DNA of 64,000 bases from the human T2T-CHM13v2.0 reference genome, Homo sapiens. The position numbers and the translations under genes are program-made. Every line of letters starts with the position of its first letter. The first letter of the stretch is position 1. Shown here piece by piece: positions 1 to 12,895 of the stretch. The DNA is taken from the NCBI RefSeq assembly GCF_009914755.1, contig NC_060927.1; one strand, written 5' to 3'. Below the pieces are notes generated by a model that saw nothing but the letters and a program-made list of their open reading frames with translations, did not search any database and had not been told where the DNA came from.

Positions 1-134
1 TAGGTAAAGGTATTTGTTCTGTCCAGGAGAGAAGATTACAAATCAGTTAATCTTACTACACATAATTATAAGCCTGTGGAACTCATAAGTGCTCCACAGA
101 ATAAAATCAAAGACAGAAGTCTGTTTGATTCTAC

Positions 135-280
135 TTTATCCAGAAATTTTTCTTTTCCAATTAGGAAACTGAAGCCCAGAGAGGAAAGCTGACTTCCTTC
201 CATAAGTTTATACAGCTTCTTAAGAGCAGGCTAGGACTAAACCCCGGTGCCCTGACCTCTGCCAAATGTTCTTCCTGTCA
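135..280 (-). mobile_element. MIR SINE fragment
   Basis: Antisense MIR core pattern 'ggaaactgaagcccagagagg...aagttatacagct'; heavily diverged. Confidence 0.6.
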
Positions 281-749
281 TTACTGATGCCCCAATGTCT
301 TGACTTGAAAGGAGCTATTGTTATCAGTTGCATTCACTTAATCTGTGCTTACTGTCTATGCCCTTTTCTTTTGGAAAGTGCAAGCAGACAAGTATAAAGT
401 ATTTAAATTCATTTTTAAAAGTCCCTCTTGGGCAAAAGTTTTATAATGCAATCTACTCAAGCCTGAGGTAAATTCTACTGGAAAGAGACATGCAAAATAA
501 TTACCCTTGTTCATTAAGCAAGTCTTGGATTTTCTGGGAAATATAGTCATTCAATGCCAATATCCGATTCTTGAAGCAAAAAGAATCAGCTTATTTCTCT
601 GCCCAAGTTTTTCCTCACTTATGAAATAAATACCTGAACCTATGTTGACTCCTGTACGCATCAGGATTGCCATTTACTGATGATGTCTTCATGACATATG
701 GCCAATTGCATTAATTCCTCTGAATGACTGGATTTTTGACTCATTTCTT

Positions 750-1138
750 TTCCATTTGTGTTGCTTACAAAAGATACCTGAGGCTGGGTAATTCATAAAG
801 AAAAGAGGTTTATTTGGTTTCTAAAGGCTATACAAGCACAGTGCCAACATCTGCTTCTGGTGAGGGCCTCAAGCTACCTCCACTAATAGCAGAAGGAAAA
901 GGGGAGCCAGTGTGTGCAGAGATCAGATGGCGAGACAGGAAAATAAAAGAGGGTGCTGCCAGGCTGTTTTACCAGCTCTCATGGGAACTAACAGAGAGAG
1001 AACTCACTCACACCAAGGGCATTAATCAATTCCCAAGAGATCTTCCCCCCTTAAACACCTCCCATTAAGCCCCACCTCTAACACCGGGGATCAGATTTCA
1101 ACATAAGGTTTGCAGGATCAAGTATCCAAACTATAACA
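750..1138 (-). mobile_element. MaLR solo LTR (MSTC/MSTD-like)
   Basis: 'gatacctgaggctgggtaattcataaagaaaagaggtttattt' ... 'ccccacctctaacac...gatttcaacataaggtttg...ccaaactataaca' are typical MST motifs. Confidence 0.8.
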
Positions 1139-2329
1139 ACTGATTTAGAAATTTTAACAGCCAGATAATTTGGCATCATACACTTACAGCTAGTAAAACC
1201 AAGAGTCAATTATGCTGAAGCTTAAATGCTCAGGGCTAAGAAAATACTGGTTCATTTAGACCAAACTTCAGGTTATACAAAAAGTTGGGACAAAGAAAAG
1301 AGAAAGGACAGAAAATCATAGAAGATAGTGACACTTTTTATTTCTACCATTAACAAATTCTGATTGATATTTTGTGAGGAAGGGAAATAGTCCTACACAT
1401 TTGCCTTCCAGTTGTTTTCATCCTTACTTTTCTTTTCTTTCTCTTTTTCTTTCCATCATCTGAAAACATAAAATTTCCAGATGAGCAGGAAAACACGATT
1501 GGTCCAAAATAATACAAAGGTTTTGAACTTGGTGACCTCAAAAATGGTGATGTGAACAGAAACACTAAAGTGAAGAGGTGGAACTGAGAGAGAGAGAGAG
1601 AGTGTGTTTAGAGTTTGTAGAAAAGCAAAGGAGACAGACGAATAAGTTTTTGAATTTATTGAGTGTGAGCAGACAAAGAATTATCTTCATGTAGCTGTCC
1701 AGTAGCCAATAATAAAAATCTGGTAAGTAAGGTAAGTCTGTTAAGTAAGGTCAATTCTGTGTTGGGTAAATGACCAAAACAGAAGTTTATTTTAGGTCAT
1801 AATCACTACTCATTGCTCACAAATGCCTAAGCAAACTTACAGTTACTGATGTTATTTTTACGTAGAAGTTAGACGACCATTACTTTTCTTGTGATCCTGT
1901 ATAATGCCAGAGAGCATGACGTTGGTTTTTTCCAACTGCGAAGTAGCACAGGCCATTTTTCTGCACCACTCCTGATAGAATTATCACAGTTACTTCCCAG
2001 GAGACTACCACAGTAAGACTAATAAGATTTCAAAGAGCATTCTTTTCTCTTTCATGAATCCAGCACTTTAAAACAGTAAGTGAGAAAGAATTAAAATTTC
2101 CTAGGGAAATTTTCCACCATCTCAAAATACTTCTTTCTATTAAAACCCAGTGATTTCATAAAGTTGTGCCTTTCACATATATGACAATGTAGTTAAATTT
2201 GGAGTTGAGAATAATCTTTTATTTCTCATTAGTCAACCCACCAACAATTACATGCTTCTCAGAAACAATAAAAGAAACTTCACTTTGAGGCAGATCATCA
2301 TAGACAATCACCTAATTTTTAGGCAGCTT

Positions 2330-2372
2330 TATTTTGTTTGGTTTGGTTTGCTTTGCTTTGCTTTGCTTTGGT
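2330..2372. repeat. (TTTGG/TTTGC)n pentamer microsatellite
   Basis: Seen directly in the sequence. Confidence 0.85.
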
Positions 2373-2741
2373 TGAGTCAAGGCTGCTTTGGAGAACAATA
2401 GAAAATTTAGACAATCATGTAAAATTTATATGCCAAACTTCACTTTTTTTTCAAGTACTAGCTAATCCATGTAGAAATATGTTTTTCATCTGCATGAGCT
2501 GTATATTTATCTTGATTTCCTTCTCTTCACAATAACCTAACCTATGAATGGGTTCCTGACAATGTATAATAACAATGGCAAAGTTAATAAAACGTCATTT
2601 CCTGGATAACAGCATGTGACTTTCTCCTATTTTAAGCTTAATACTTAATACAAACAACAAAGGTGTTCGATAAACAATTTGTGATGATGTAATTGGTCAT
2701 TAGTTGAAAGGGGAAAACAAAAAATATCTGTTCACCCCTCC

Positions 2742-2895
2742 TGAAATAACAACCTTTGCTTTGCTCAGAAAGCACTTTTGCTTCCCGTACAAAGGCTGTA
2801 TGAATGGGTAGCCCTCTGTCCGGGCTGTATGAAATAAGAACCTTTGCTTTGCTCAAAAAGTACTTATGCTTCCCTGACAGAGGCTGGATGAATGG
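2742..2895. repeat. Diverged tandem duplication, 66-bp unit at 88-bp period
   Basis: 2742-2807 vs 2830-2895 align ungapped, 58/66 identical (hand count). Confidence 0.9.
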
Positions 2896-3685
2896 CACTA
2901 CCCAACCCCACCCCAGTATCCTCATAGTTCCAGGAGGAAGAAATGTGATGCTTTACATGAGAAAAGCGATAAAGAATCTTCATTGAACTGCTTAGATTAG
3001 TATTGCTGGGAGAAATCTTGAATTCCAAGGCTATTTTTCCGCAAAAATTTTACAAATTTTGGGTGATTTACCTATCATGCCAAGATGACATACATAATCT
3101 TATCACAAAACCCTTAGCAAACAGATTCTTAATGCCTGGACATTCTTGCCTGGAGCTGTTCTTTGCTGTTCTCTCTAACATCTAAACCCACATGGGCATA
3201 GATGACCCAAATTTTAAGTTTCAGTCTGTATGTGGGGAACATCTCTAGGAATCAAGACATCTCAGTCTCCTGCCCAATAATTCAATGTGTGTTCAGTCCT
3301 CAAATGGCATACTCATTCCCTTGGCTTTTTGGCCATGGGGCTTTTCAAGGAGATTAGCTGTCAGTACCTGTTAGACTAATTAATGAAAAACAAAAAGGAT
3401 GAGAAAATCTACCAGCTGAAAAATCCTCTAACATCTCTGCTCCTTTTGCATTTTAGTTTGCATATATCCTTTACCTAGTGTCTATTACCAGTTTGTTTTG
3501 TTTGGAACCGCTGTGCATTTCAGTAGTATAGTCACACCCATATAATAAGCTTGCCTCTAAACAGATACAAGGCCCTAGCCTCTACTAACAAAAGAAGCCA
3601 ACTGTATGCTATTTAAACTGGAAAAGATTGGGCCACTTAATGAAAGTACTCAACATGGCTTACAGAGGGGGAAACATCATAAATG

Positions 3686-4167
3686 CTGTATTAATTTTCT
3701 ATTGCTTCTTTACCAAATTATCACGCACTTAGCGGCTTAAAACAACACACATGTATTATACTACAGTTCTAGAGATCAGAAGTCCAACATGGGTCTCACT
3801 GGGTTTAAAACAAGGTGTCTGCAGGGAGACATTCCTTTCTGGAGGCTCTAGGGGAGAATCCTTTTTTTCCCTCTCTCTCTTTTCCTGCTTTTAGAGACTG
3901 CCCACTTTCCTTGCCTTGCATCTTCAAAACCAACAATGTCCAGTTGAGTCTTTTTCACACTGAATCACTCTAAATCTGAAACATTTGTCTCCTTTTTCCT
4001 TTATAAGGATCCTTGTGATTACAATGGGCCCAACTGCATAATCCATCTCAGGGTCCTTAATTTAATCACATCAGCAAAATTCCTTTAGCCATGTAAAGTA
4101 ACATATTCACAGATTCCTGGAATTAGAATATGGATGTCTTTGGGGTGCCATTATTATGCCTATCACA
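3686..4167 (-). mobile_element. MaLR solo LTR (MLT1D-like)
   Basis: Runs from 'tgtattaattttctattgct...ggcttaaaacaacac' to 'ccattattatgcctatcaca'. Confidence 0.8.
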
Positions 4168-5389
4168 AATGCTAAGAGGGTGTGGGAGTGACTTACTTAG
4201 AGGGACAGCTGTTTACTGACCTCCCAGTGGAAGCATTCTCTCTCTGTAATTCCATAGCCTTTGCTCTGTTCCTGGCAACTCTCTATCAAAGAACTTCAAA
4301 ACCTGGTCAGAACCTCTGACCAGGCAAGGCTTTATTTTCCAAGATTATATTTTGTCTCTCAAATCTGTAATGCAAAAGCATCACTTCTGCTTTCCCTTGT
4401 TTTCTATCACTAACTATAATATTACAAAAACTTTTTTTTTCTTAGAATCTCAGTTCTTGCATATTTCCTGCTTCTCCCTATTCCTACCTTTTCATAGAGG
4501 AAGCAATTCTGACTTCCTTTGTCTTAGTCATAAGCATCCCGTAAACACAAGTTCACAGGGAACTGTGAAAGTTCAAAGTGGGAAAATTATATTTATCACT
4601 ATGTGTGGTGATAGTAGGCATAACCAAATTGGTCTTTCCCCGCTTATCATAACGTATTAAACCGGGAATTTCTCAGTCCCTAATACTTGCAGAGTCATGT
4701 TATGAGGTCATTATAGATTTTAGGAGCCTCAATGCTTTTCATATCATTTTCAGAATTCTTCAAAATTCCCATTTATAGGCCCTAATTGATTTCAGCAGCC
4801 CATATGCAGTAGAGCAGTTCTTCCACTAACAATTTTTTTAAAGACAGAGCTAAAAATATATATATTTGATGAAGTATATTAAGTAGAAAAAAATGTTAGA
4901 AATATCAGAAAAAAATTAAGAAATAAAAGTATGTTCAGTACAATTTAATTTGAATAATTTTAATCTCTAAAAATAACCATATTGTAAAAAAATACAATTT
5001 CTTCTAGTAAATAAAGAACAAATGAGATTTTGTACTACAAACATGCAAGACATGTTTTGCAAAAATCACAACTTCAATGTTAAGTTCCGCATTTCATGAG
5101 GCACAATTATGGAAATTTATCAATGAGAGGCTATTAAAAGAGAGCCTCTTGCCCCTCTCAGTATTCAAACTAGATAGAATTTCATGATGACTGACCAATG
5201 CTGCTAGTTCTGAGTCTCCGTGGACACTAGTTTATAAATACTCCAACCTTCTCCCTTTTTTATACAATAAAGAGAAATGCTAGCCTTGTGTTTTGAAAGT
5301 CCTTTAAAGAGTTCATGTTAAATACCTTTGGGATTATGTACACAATTGTCTTTTAATCTTTTTTAAAAATATTACTTATTATGAATTTT

Positions 5390-5660
5390 TGTTTTTATTT
5401 TTTAATTGAAAACAGAAATTTTATGTATTTATGGTGTACAACATGATATTTCTATATATGTATACATTGTGGAATGGCTAAATCAAGCTACTTAACATGT
5501 GCATTGCCTCACATACTTATTTTTTTGTGGTATGAACACATAAAATCTACTCTGTCAGTAATATTCAAGTATACAATACATTGTTATTAACCGTAGTCAC
5601 CATGTTGTACAATAGATCTCTTGAAGTTATTACTCCTTATCTAACTGAAATTCTTTTCAT
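5390..5660 (-). mobile_element. L1MA-type 3' end fragment
   Basis: 'tgtatttatggtgtacaacatgat...tatacattgtggaatggctaaatcaagcta...tagtcaccatgttgtacaatagatctcttgaa'. Confidence 0.85.
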
Positions 5661-5849
5661 CTTAACCAAGGCCACATGAAATAAGAAACTGAATGTGATA
5701 TTTATTTCTACAATATTTCTCCTTCAAGAGTTTAAAGTTTTCAACTGTTAATTTTAGCAAGGATGATTGCAAATGACATATAAAATTGGTTGTTTTCTAG
5801 TCAGTCATTTTTATTTGCAACAATGAACAATTACTTAGCGATTTTGATC

Positions 5850-6020
5850 AAATCCTGTCCTTTACAAACTAGCTGAGTACCTTTGGACAAGCCATTTAAC
5901 TTCCCTGTGCCTCCTTTTCCTCACTGAGTAAGATGGGGATAATAATTGTAACTGTATCTCATAAGAATGTTGTGAAGATTTAAACGGGAATACATACAAG
6001 TGCTTAGAAAAGTGCCTAAT
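5850..6020 (+). mobile_element. MIR SINE, interrupted by AluY
   Basis: Core 'ggacaagccatttaacttccctgtgcctc...atggggataataat...gttgtgaagattta'. Confidence 0.8.
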
Positions 6021-6346
<326 letters not shown>

Positions 6347-6367
6347 CTAAAACGAATGATACGCTGG

Positions 6368-6512
6368 AACACTGGCCTGGGAGGAGAGGGGCGGAGTGTT
6401 TATTTGTAGCTGTCGCCAACTTCCGTGAAGTAAATGTTCCCACCATAGCAAATTTCAAGCTACTAACAATTTAACCATCAGCGTGAGCCAATAAAGCTCT
6501 AGCACACCAATG
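6368..6512 (-). mobile_element. hAT-Blackjack MITE (MER63A-like)
   Basis: Reverse complement reads 'tggtgtgctagagc...gtagcttgaaatttgctatggtgggaacatttac...gctacaaat'. Confidence 0.6.
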
Positions 6513-6754
6513 CGGCAGACTAAGTTTGTAACAGATGTTCATTTTTGTAATTACTAAATCTAAGGTCCTTTTTCGTTTTATCGAAGTATATTTTCATGAA
6601 TTGTACAAATGTTCAAGGAAGGACGAGTTTAGAGAGGTAAATGGAGGGACAAACAGGAATTGTAGCAGTTAGGACAGCTTTGAGGAAGATTTCAGGTTAT
6701 CTGAATCTGTTTGGACACATGGGCATGCGTATTTGGAAGGGAGAAGAACTCATA

Positions 6755-7370
6755 CAGTAAGTCTTAATGTCATCAATAGGTTCTTGGAAACTGCGAGTTT
6801 AAGCAAAACGGCATGTAACAGAACCAATTTTACCACAGGCTAAATGATAGAAACAAGACTTAAGTTCCTATGGCATATTTCTAGTCACAAAAACATCACC
6901 AAACTTTTAATAAAGACCAAAACATTTCTAATATTAAACATTGAAATAAATGTGAGTTATGCATACATTTAAGAAACAGTAACAAAAACAAGTGAGATAA
7001 TTATTCACTCAATGATTTCAGTTCAAGGGTATGGGTGGCCAGAGCCTATGCAGCTCAGGATGCAAGGCAGACACTGACACCAGACAGGACGTCATCCCAG
7101 AGCAGGGGGCATTCACACACGCGCACACACACGCACACGCACACACACACAGTTACTCAGACTGGGACCATTTGGACATGCCAATTTACATAACATGCAG
7201 TACGTGTTTGGGATGTGGGGGGAACCAGAGTATCCAGAGAAAACCCATGCAGACTTGGGGAGGATGTGCTAACTCCCACACAGTGGTCCTGGATGGGAAT
7301 CTGTTGTTTTTCTCATCAACATTATAACAACATGTTGTGGAATGAAAGGATGTTGTTGGAGGACCTGCTA
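6755..7370 (+). mobile_element. MER82 (TcMar-Tigger non-autonomous)
   Basis: Starts TA|CAGTAAGTC...'aggttcttggaaactgcga', ends 'gaggacctgcta'|TA; contains a (CA/CG) tract at 7114-7150. Confidence 0.8.
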
Positions 7371-7469
7371 TATAAGTCATTTCAGTAGCAGTCTTGGGAG
7401 AAATTTGTGGGGACCCACTGGGGAGACAGAATCAGAAAATGTGCATTCTAAAAACGTGCGTATACTGAA

Positions 7470-7504
7470 ATGAACTTGTGATGCCTAGATGAACTTGTGA
7501 TGCC
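7470..7504. repeat. Perfect 16-bp direct repeat (atgaacttgtgatgcc x2, 3-nt spacer)
   Basis: Seen directly at 7470-7485 and 7489-7504. Confidence 0.9.
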
Positions 7505-7917
7505 GAAAACTGATTTCCTGCTAGTGCATTGTATCTCTTTTTGAAGAAGAGAAACTGTTTTGCTTAGACATTTTTTTTGTAGGAGTATGGGAAGAAAAAT
7601 TACTCACTGAAGCTAGTGCGAGTCAAGGGTAGAGGGAGGGCAGTTCCTGTAAGGATGTGTATAAATGGATTTCCAGGAAACTAAACTGCCGCATGTCAGG
7701 AAGAGCGGCTACCTGAAGGTGCTTGTAGATGCAAAGCTGCCCTAGGTTCCCCATCAGCACTGATTCATGAGTTTTGCATCTAGTTTCTCCTGTCCTTACC
7801 ACAACTTGGCTGTTCTGTCTTCTCTGCACTAAACAACTTCTTCACTCTCTATTCCATATGTTTTAAACTTATCTTATTATTTTTGTTCCCTCATACATTG
7901 CTTCATAGATTACCCAA

Positions 7918-8000
7918 TCCAAAAAGAAACAAAAGAGAGAAAGAAAGAAAAGTGAGAGGAAAGAAAGAGAGAGAAAGAAAGAAAGAAAGAGAGAAACAAA
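7918..8000. repeat. Purine-rich (GAAA/GA) low-complexity tract
   Basis: Seen directly in the sequence. Confidence 0.85.
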
Positions 8001-8667
8001 ACGAAAGTATATTCCTGAACCACACAAAAAGACAAAGAATCACATTCTCTACAAGTGTCCTGTGTTTTTGCAAATTAACCAGTACTTCAGGTAGTCCTTA
8101 GGTATTCTAGAGTTTAGAAGAATCCTAAAAGGTTTTGCTCTGGCAAGGGCTGTGAGTAAAGCATGGCCTTTGAGGCGATGGAGGGAGAAAGATATATAGA
8201 AACTTTATTTTAGAGAAAGGAAAAACTTCTTCAGACCAGATGCAGAATCAAGTAATCAACCATTCAAAGTCAGGCTTAATTTAAGAGCTTTTTTTAAAAA
8301 AAACAGACAAACAACAACAACAAAAATGTATACTGGTGATCTTTAAAGGAAACCATGTTATCATTTAGATTATTATTCTGGATTCCAGTCAGTAGTTAGG
8401 TCATATAAGAATTATAAATTCTGTTATTGGTAATTGATAGTTCAAAATGCATAGTCTCACCACTCAGGGAAAACAGCACTTAGATTTCAGAAGATAAAAC
8501 TTTGTAAGTGGGGATGAAAGGAGGGCATGGAGGGTGTTCTTAAATATTTAAATGGATGTTCATGAGACAAAAGGACTAGACCTGGAAGTTATTACATTTA
8601 ATTCTCATAGCAATTGATAAGGAAAGTATTTCCATCTGATAGGTGATAAAACCAAATTCACAGAAGT

Positions 8668-9080
8668 TCAATTCATTCATTTTATAAGTATTTATTAATA
8701 ATTTTTAATATGCTTGGCATTGTAATTAGCACTGGTTATTATACTATAATGAACAAAACAGGACCTTGCCATTTTAATGGAGATGACAGGTTAGGGGGAC
8801 AGCAGAGAAATGACAAGTTAATCAACAAATAAGGATACTATTAAAACACGAGATTTTAGCACAAGGAAATAATATAGAATAATATAAAATATAGCTTGCA
8901 ATGAAAGAGGATAACTTGAAAAGGATACCAGTTACTTGGAATTTGTTAGGGAAGGCTTCGCTGAGGTGGTGACTTTTAATCAGAGACCTTCAAGGAGAGA
9001 ATAATCCAGCCATGGAGGAGACAAGGGAAGAGTGGTTTTTAGCAAATTAATTGCAAATGTGAAAGCTCTAAGGCAGAAAA
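8668..9080 (-). mobile_element. L2 3' fragment
   Basis: 'attcattcattttataagtatttatt...tatgcttggcattgt...atgaacaaaaca' and 'agggaaggcttcgctgaggtggtgacttt'. Confidence 0.7.
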
Positions 9081-9094
9081 GTCATTAATATTTT

Positions 9095-9385
<291 letters not shown>

Positions 9386-9407
9386 TATATATATGTATAT
9401 ATTTTAG

Positions 9408-9675
9408 AGCAGTGTTACTCCCAATATGGTCTGAGGATGGTTGCCCATCCAAGAAGTGTTCTTTACTAGTCTGAAGCAAAATAAGTACATAACTGAGAAA
9501 AAATGCTTACACTCTATGATAAGAATTTGACAGTAATTTTATATCTGTTAAATCTGATAATTTAAAAATGAATTATGTTATTTTATGTCATTTTTCTAGT
9601 AATTCGTTTTTACTATTGAAATTGAAAAATATTGAGCCATGTTGGGAGAAGATGGTCTTTCCATGGTCCATTGAT
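9408..9675. mobile_element. hAT-Charlie fragment (Charlie4-like)
   Basis: 'cagtgttactccc...ataagtacataactgaga...atttgacagtaattttatatctgttaaatct...catttttctagtaattc' resembles the remembered Charlie4a/z consensus. Confidence 0.5.
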
Positions 9676-9832
9676 ATCTGATGTTAGAAATATTGGGCAG
9701 GATCTAAAATGTGCAGAACTTTGCAGGTTCTGGTAAACAATTACCTAAGATTACACAGAGAGTGAGAGGTGGTGCCAAGATAAAATTCCAAGTCTTTTAC
9801 TTCATCGTCTATGTGCCTTGAGAGGTTTCCAG

Positions 9833-9908
9833 GCTCCCAGTATGTGCCAGAAAGCCACTAGCCCTTGGAAAGGCCTCTACTTCGTGACCATTTCTACCCT
9901 GACATCCA
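9833..9908 (+). other. Candidate small internal exon (splice signals only)
   Basis: tttccAG acceptor at 9831-32 next to an antisense MIR-like segment; GTGAGT donor at 9909-14; one open frame APSMCQKATSPWKGLYFVTISTLTS with no recognised homology. Confidence 0.2.
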
Positions 9909-10057
9909 GTGAGTTATTATCCATCAGAAACAAAGCTTACAAATAGAATACATTTTGATCATTTGGAATTTTTGAACATGTTCCTTTACTTGTAGTCTTA
10001 GGTGATTTTCTAAACCATTATTTCCTAGGATTACGTATGCCCTTTTATTTTTGCTTC

Positions 10058-10392
10058 AGTTTTGTTTTTGTTTTTGGTTGTTGTTGTTTTGTTGTTTTTA
10101 GAGATAGTGTCTTGCTATATTGCCTGGGGCTGGAGTGCGGTGGTGAGATCATAGCTCACTGCAGCCCCAATCTCCTGAGCTCAAGTTATCCTCACGCCTC
10201 AGCCTCCTGAGTAGCTGGGACTACAGGTGCATGCCACCATGTCCAGCTATTTTTTTTTTTATTTTTATTTTTTGTAGAGACAAGGTCTTACTATGTTGCC
10301 CAGACTGGTCTTGAACTTCTGGGCTCAAATGATCCTCCCGCCTCGGCCTCCTAAAACACTGGGCTTACAGCCACAAGCCACTGCATCCAGCC
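10058..10392 (-). mobile_element. AluJ
   Basis: J diagnostics 'atcatagctcactgcagcc', 'gggctcaaatgatcctcc'; (TTG)-type tail. Confidence 0.9.
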
Positions 10393-10589
10393 TACTTTTG
10401 TTCTTGTAAAGAGTCATAGTCCCCTCACACCATACTGGGTCAGAAATGTCTACTTCTTTATCTTTGCCAATGAATATACACTAGAATAACTCTGTGTTTC
10501 TTAATCTCTCTATTATTTATCTTCTTAAAATGTATTATGATAGAATTTACAAGTGTCCAAAGTTAATACCTTGTTTTTCTTTTATCCAG

Positions 10590-11860
10590 AGCCCTAAATA
10601 AGTCACACAGCACCCTGAAAGTGATTCCCTGGTCTACTTGAATTTGACACAAGAGAAAAGCAGGAGGAAAAGGGGCCATTCTCCAAAGGACCTGAAAGAG
10701 CAAAAGAGGTGGGAGCGAAAGCCTTAAGGATCCCACGACTTTTTACTGCCATCTGAGCTACTCAGTGTTTGAATCCCAAGAGGAAGTCAGTTTACCTCTC
10801 AGGTCTGTTGTAGGACTTGATTTTGTAAAGCAATGCCATGTTATGTGGTTGAAAGGGCACTGGACTTAGTTAGTATCAGGAGCACTGAGCTCACAGACTG
10901 ACTTGGGCTCCTACTGGTGGGGACCTCTGTTAGTCACTTTACCTCATCCAAAGTATAAAGGAATTGGACCAAATAATTTACCACATAGCTCTAAAACTTA
11001 ATTTAAAATGTAATTCCAGAAAAAAAAAGGGAATAAGCAAAGGGGGAAGAATTGAAAGAGAGAGAGAAGAAAGAATACAGAGAGCTTACCTTTTGCCTTT
11101 CTGTTGATGTTACATCTCTTCTTCCTATGTTCTTAGGTCTATGAGTCTGTTTCCCCATCATTTGGTATCTAGTCCAGTTCCTGCTTACTGCTTTGCTAAT
11201 AGCTGGCCTTGCTAGAATCCTTGGTTTCACTGCTGTTCTTCATGTGCTTCTATGAGATTTACTCCAACACAAATAGGACTGAATTTATTGTGAAGTAACA
11301 TTGGCAATCTTAACTTATTCATTTAACTTATTTTTATAGCTAGATAAATATTGTTAGTCTTAGACAATAGCTCACATTTTTTGAGAAGCATGCCCTCCCT
11401 GTCCATTTGTCTTATAACATGACCCAGCCCTATTTTACGTCATTCTAAATTCAGCCTCATATAATGAAAATACATTATGAAAACAGATGTTTAGGAGATT
11501 TCCTGTATAGCAGTCAGCCAATTCATATGCTTTGTCTCTGCTGGCTTCTTTTTCCATGCGTTAACTTTTCCCAATAGCAGAGGAGGCAAATATGAGCATA
11601 CAATCCCTTTGTTCTAAAGATATTGTTCCAGCTAGTGGAATGATGTTGAATCTTTAATAACCATAATTAGTTGCTTTTTCAGTATCTTCTGCTTTGTCTG
11701 TGTCTATCCAGTGGCCTAGGAATTAAAGTGTAAGTTGTTTTCGCTGTTAAATTGGATATTTATATATATATATATAGCAAGATTTTCATGTGTTATTTAA
11801 TTCTGTATTGTTTCTTATATTTGTAGTAAAATATTGAACAATTAAAAGTGTTGACTCCAA
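10590..11860 (+). other. Candidate terminal exon / 3'UTR of an unidentified + strand gene
   Basis: Branch-like TTAAT at 10563, long pyrimidine tract and CAG at 10587-89; all three frames stop within 17 codons; ~1.27 kb mostly unique sequence ending in an AU/U-rich stretch with ATTAAA at 11722 and 11841 and CA at 11858-59. Confidence 0.45.
10838..11000 (+). mobile_element. MIR (MIR3/MIRc-like) fragment inside the candidate 3'UTR
   Basis: 'gtggttgaaagggcactggactt...gtcactttacctc...ggaattggaccaaata...agctctaaa'. Confidence 0.55.
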
Positions 11861-11979
11861 ATATTTGGCTTATGATATTCTCTTGGGAAATGTGGAAATG
11901 AATGATAATCCTTGTCTTTTCCCATCATATGTAAAACCCTCCCCTCCTCTCTATCTTTCCCCTCCTAAAAGATGAGCTG

Positions 11980-12391
<412 letters not shown>

Positions 12392-12547
12392 TTATATGTG
12401 TTCTTTTGATTTTGCTTTTAGATACCAACCTTTGCAGACAGATTAGCTCACATAGTTTTGAATTTAGTGGGAACCAACCCCTTGTATTTTGCTGTATTTC
12501 TAGTATCTCTGCTAAATTGGTACTAGATCAGGCAGGATGACTTAATG

Positions 12548-12895
12548 CAACAGTTCTTAAACATTTTGGTCTTAGGACCCCTTTATGCATTTGAAAACAT
12601 CATTGAGGATCCCAAAGAGCTTTTTCTGTAATGTGAATTATATCTGTTGATATTTATCATATTTGAAATTAAAACTGATAAAATTTAAATACAAAAATGT
12701 GTAACCATATATCCTATTAGCCATCAGAGTGATGCCAACATCAAACATCATATAGCTTCTGGAAGACTTCAGAGCACATTTATTAGAGAATGAGAGTGAA
12801 AAAGTCAAATAATTTATTGGTGTTATCATGACAATAATTTTTTGATTATGTGGACCCCCTGAGATGGTCTTAGGGACAATGCTAAAGACTACTGT
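12548..12895. mobile_element. hAT-Charlie MITE (Charlie1/Charlie18a-like)
   Basis: 'gttcttaaacattttggtcttaggacccctt...gaggatcccaaagagcttt...gagaatgagagtgaaaaag...ggaccccctga'. Confidence 0.7.

Noticed and set aside
1860-2080. CpG-containing segment with splice-like signals on both strands
   Set aside because: Short open frames have no recognisable product, and the minus strand weakly resembles a CR1/L3 fragment; an exon cannot be supported.
7114-7150. Alternating CA/CG tract (Z-DNA potential)
   Set aside because: Ordinary microsatellite inside MER82.
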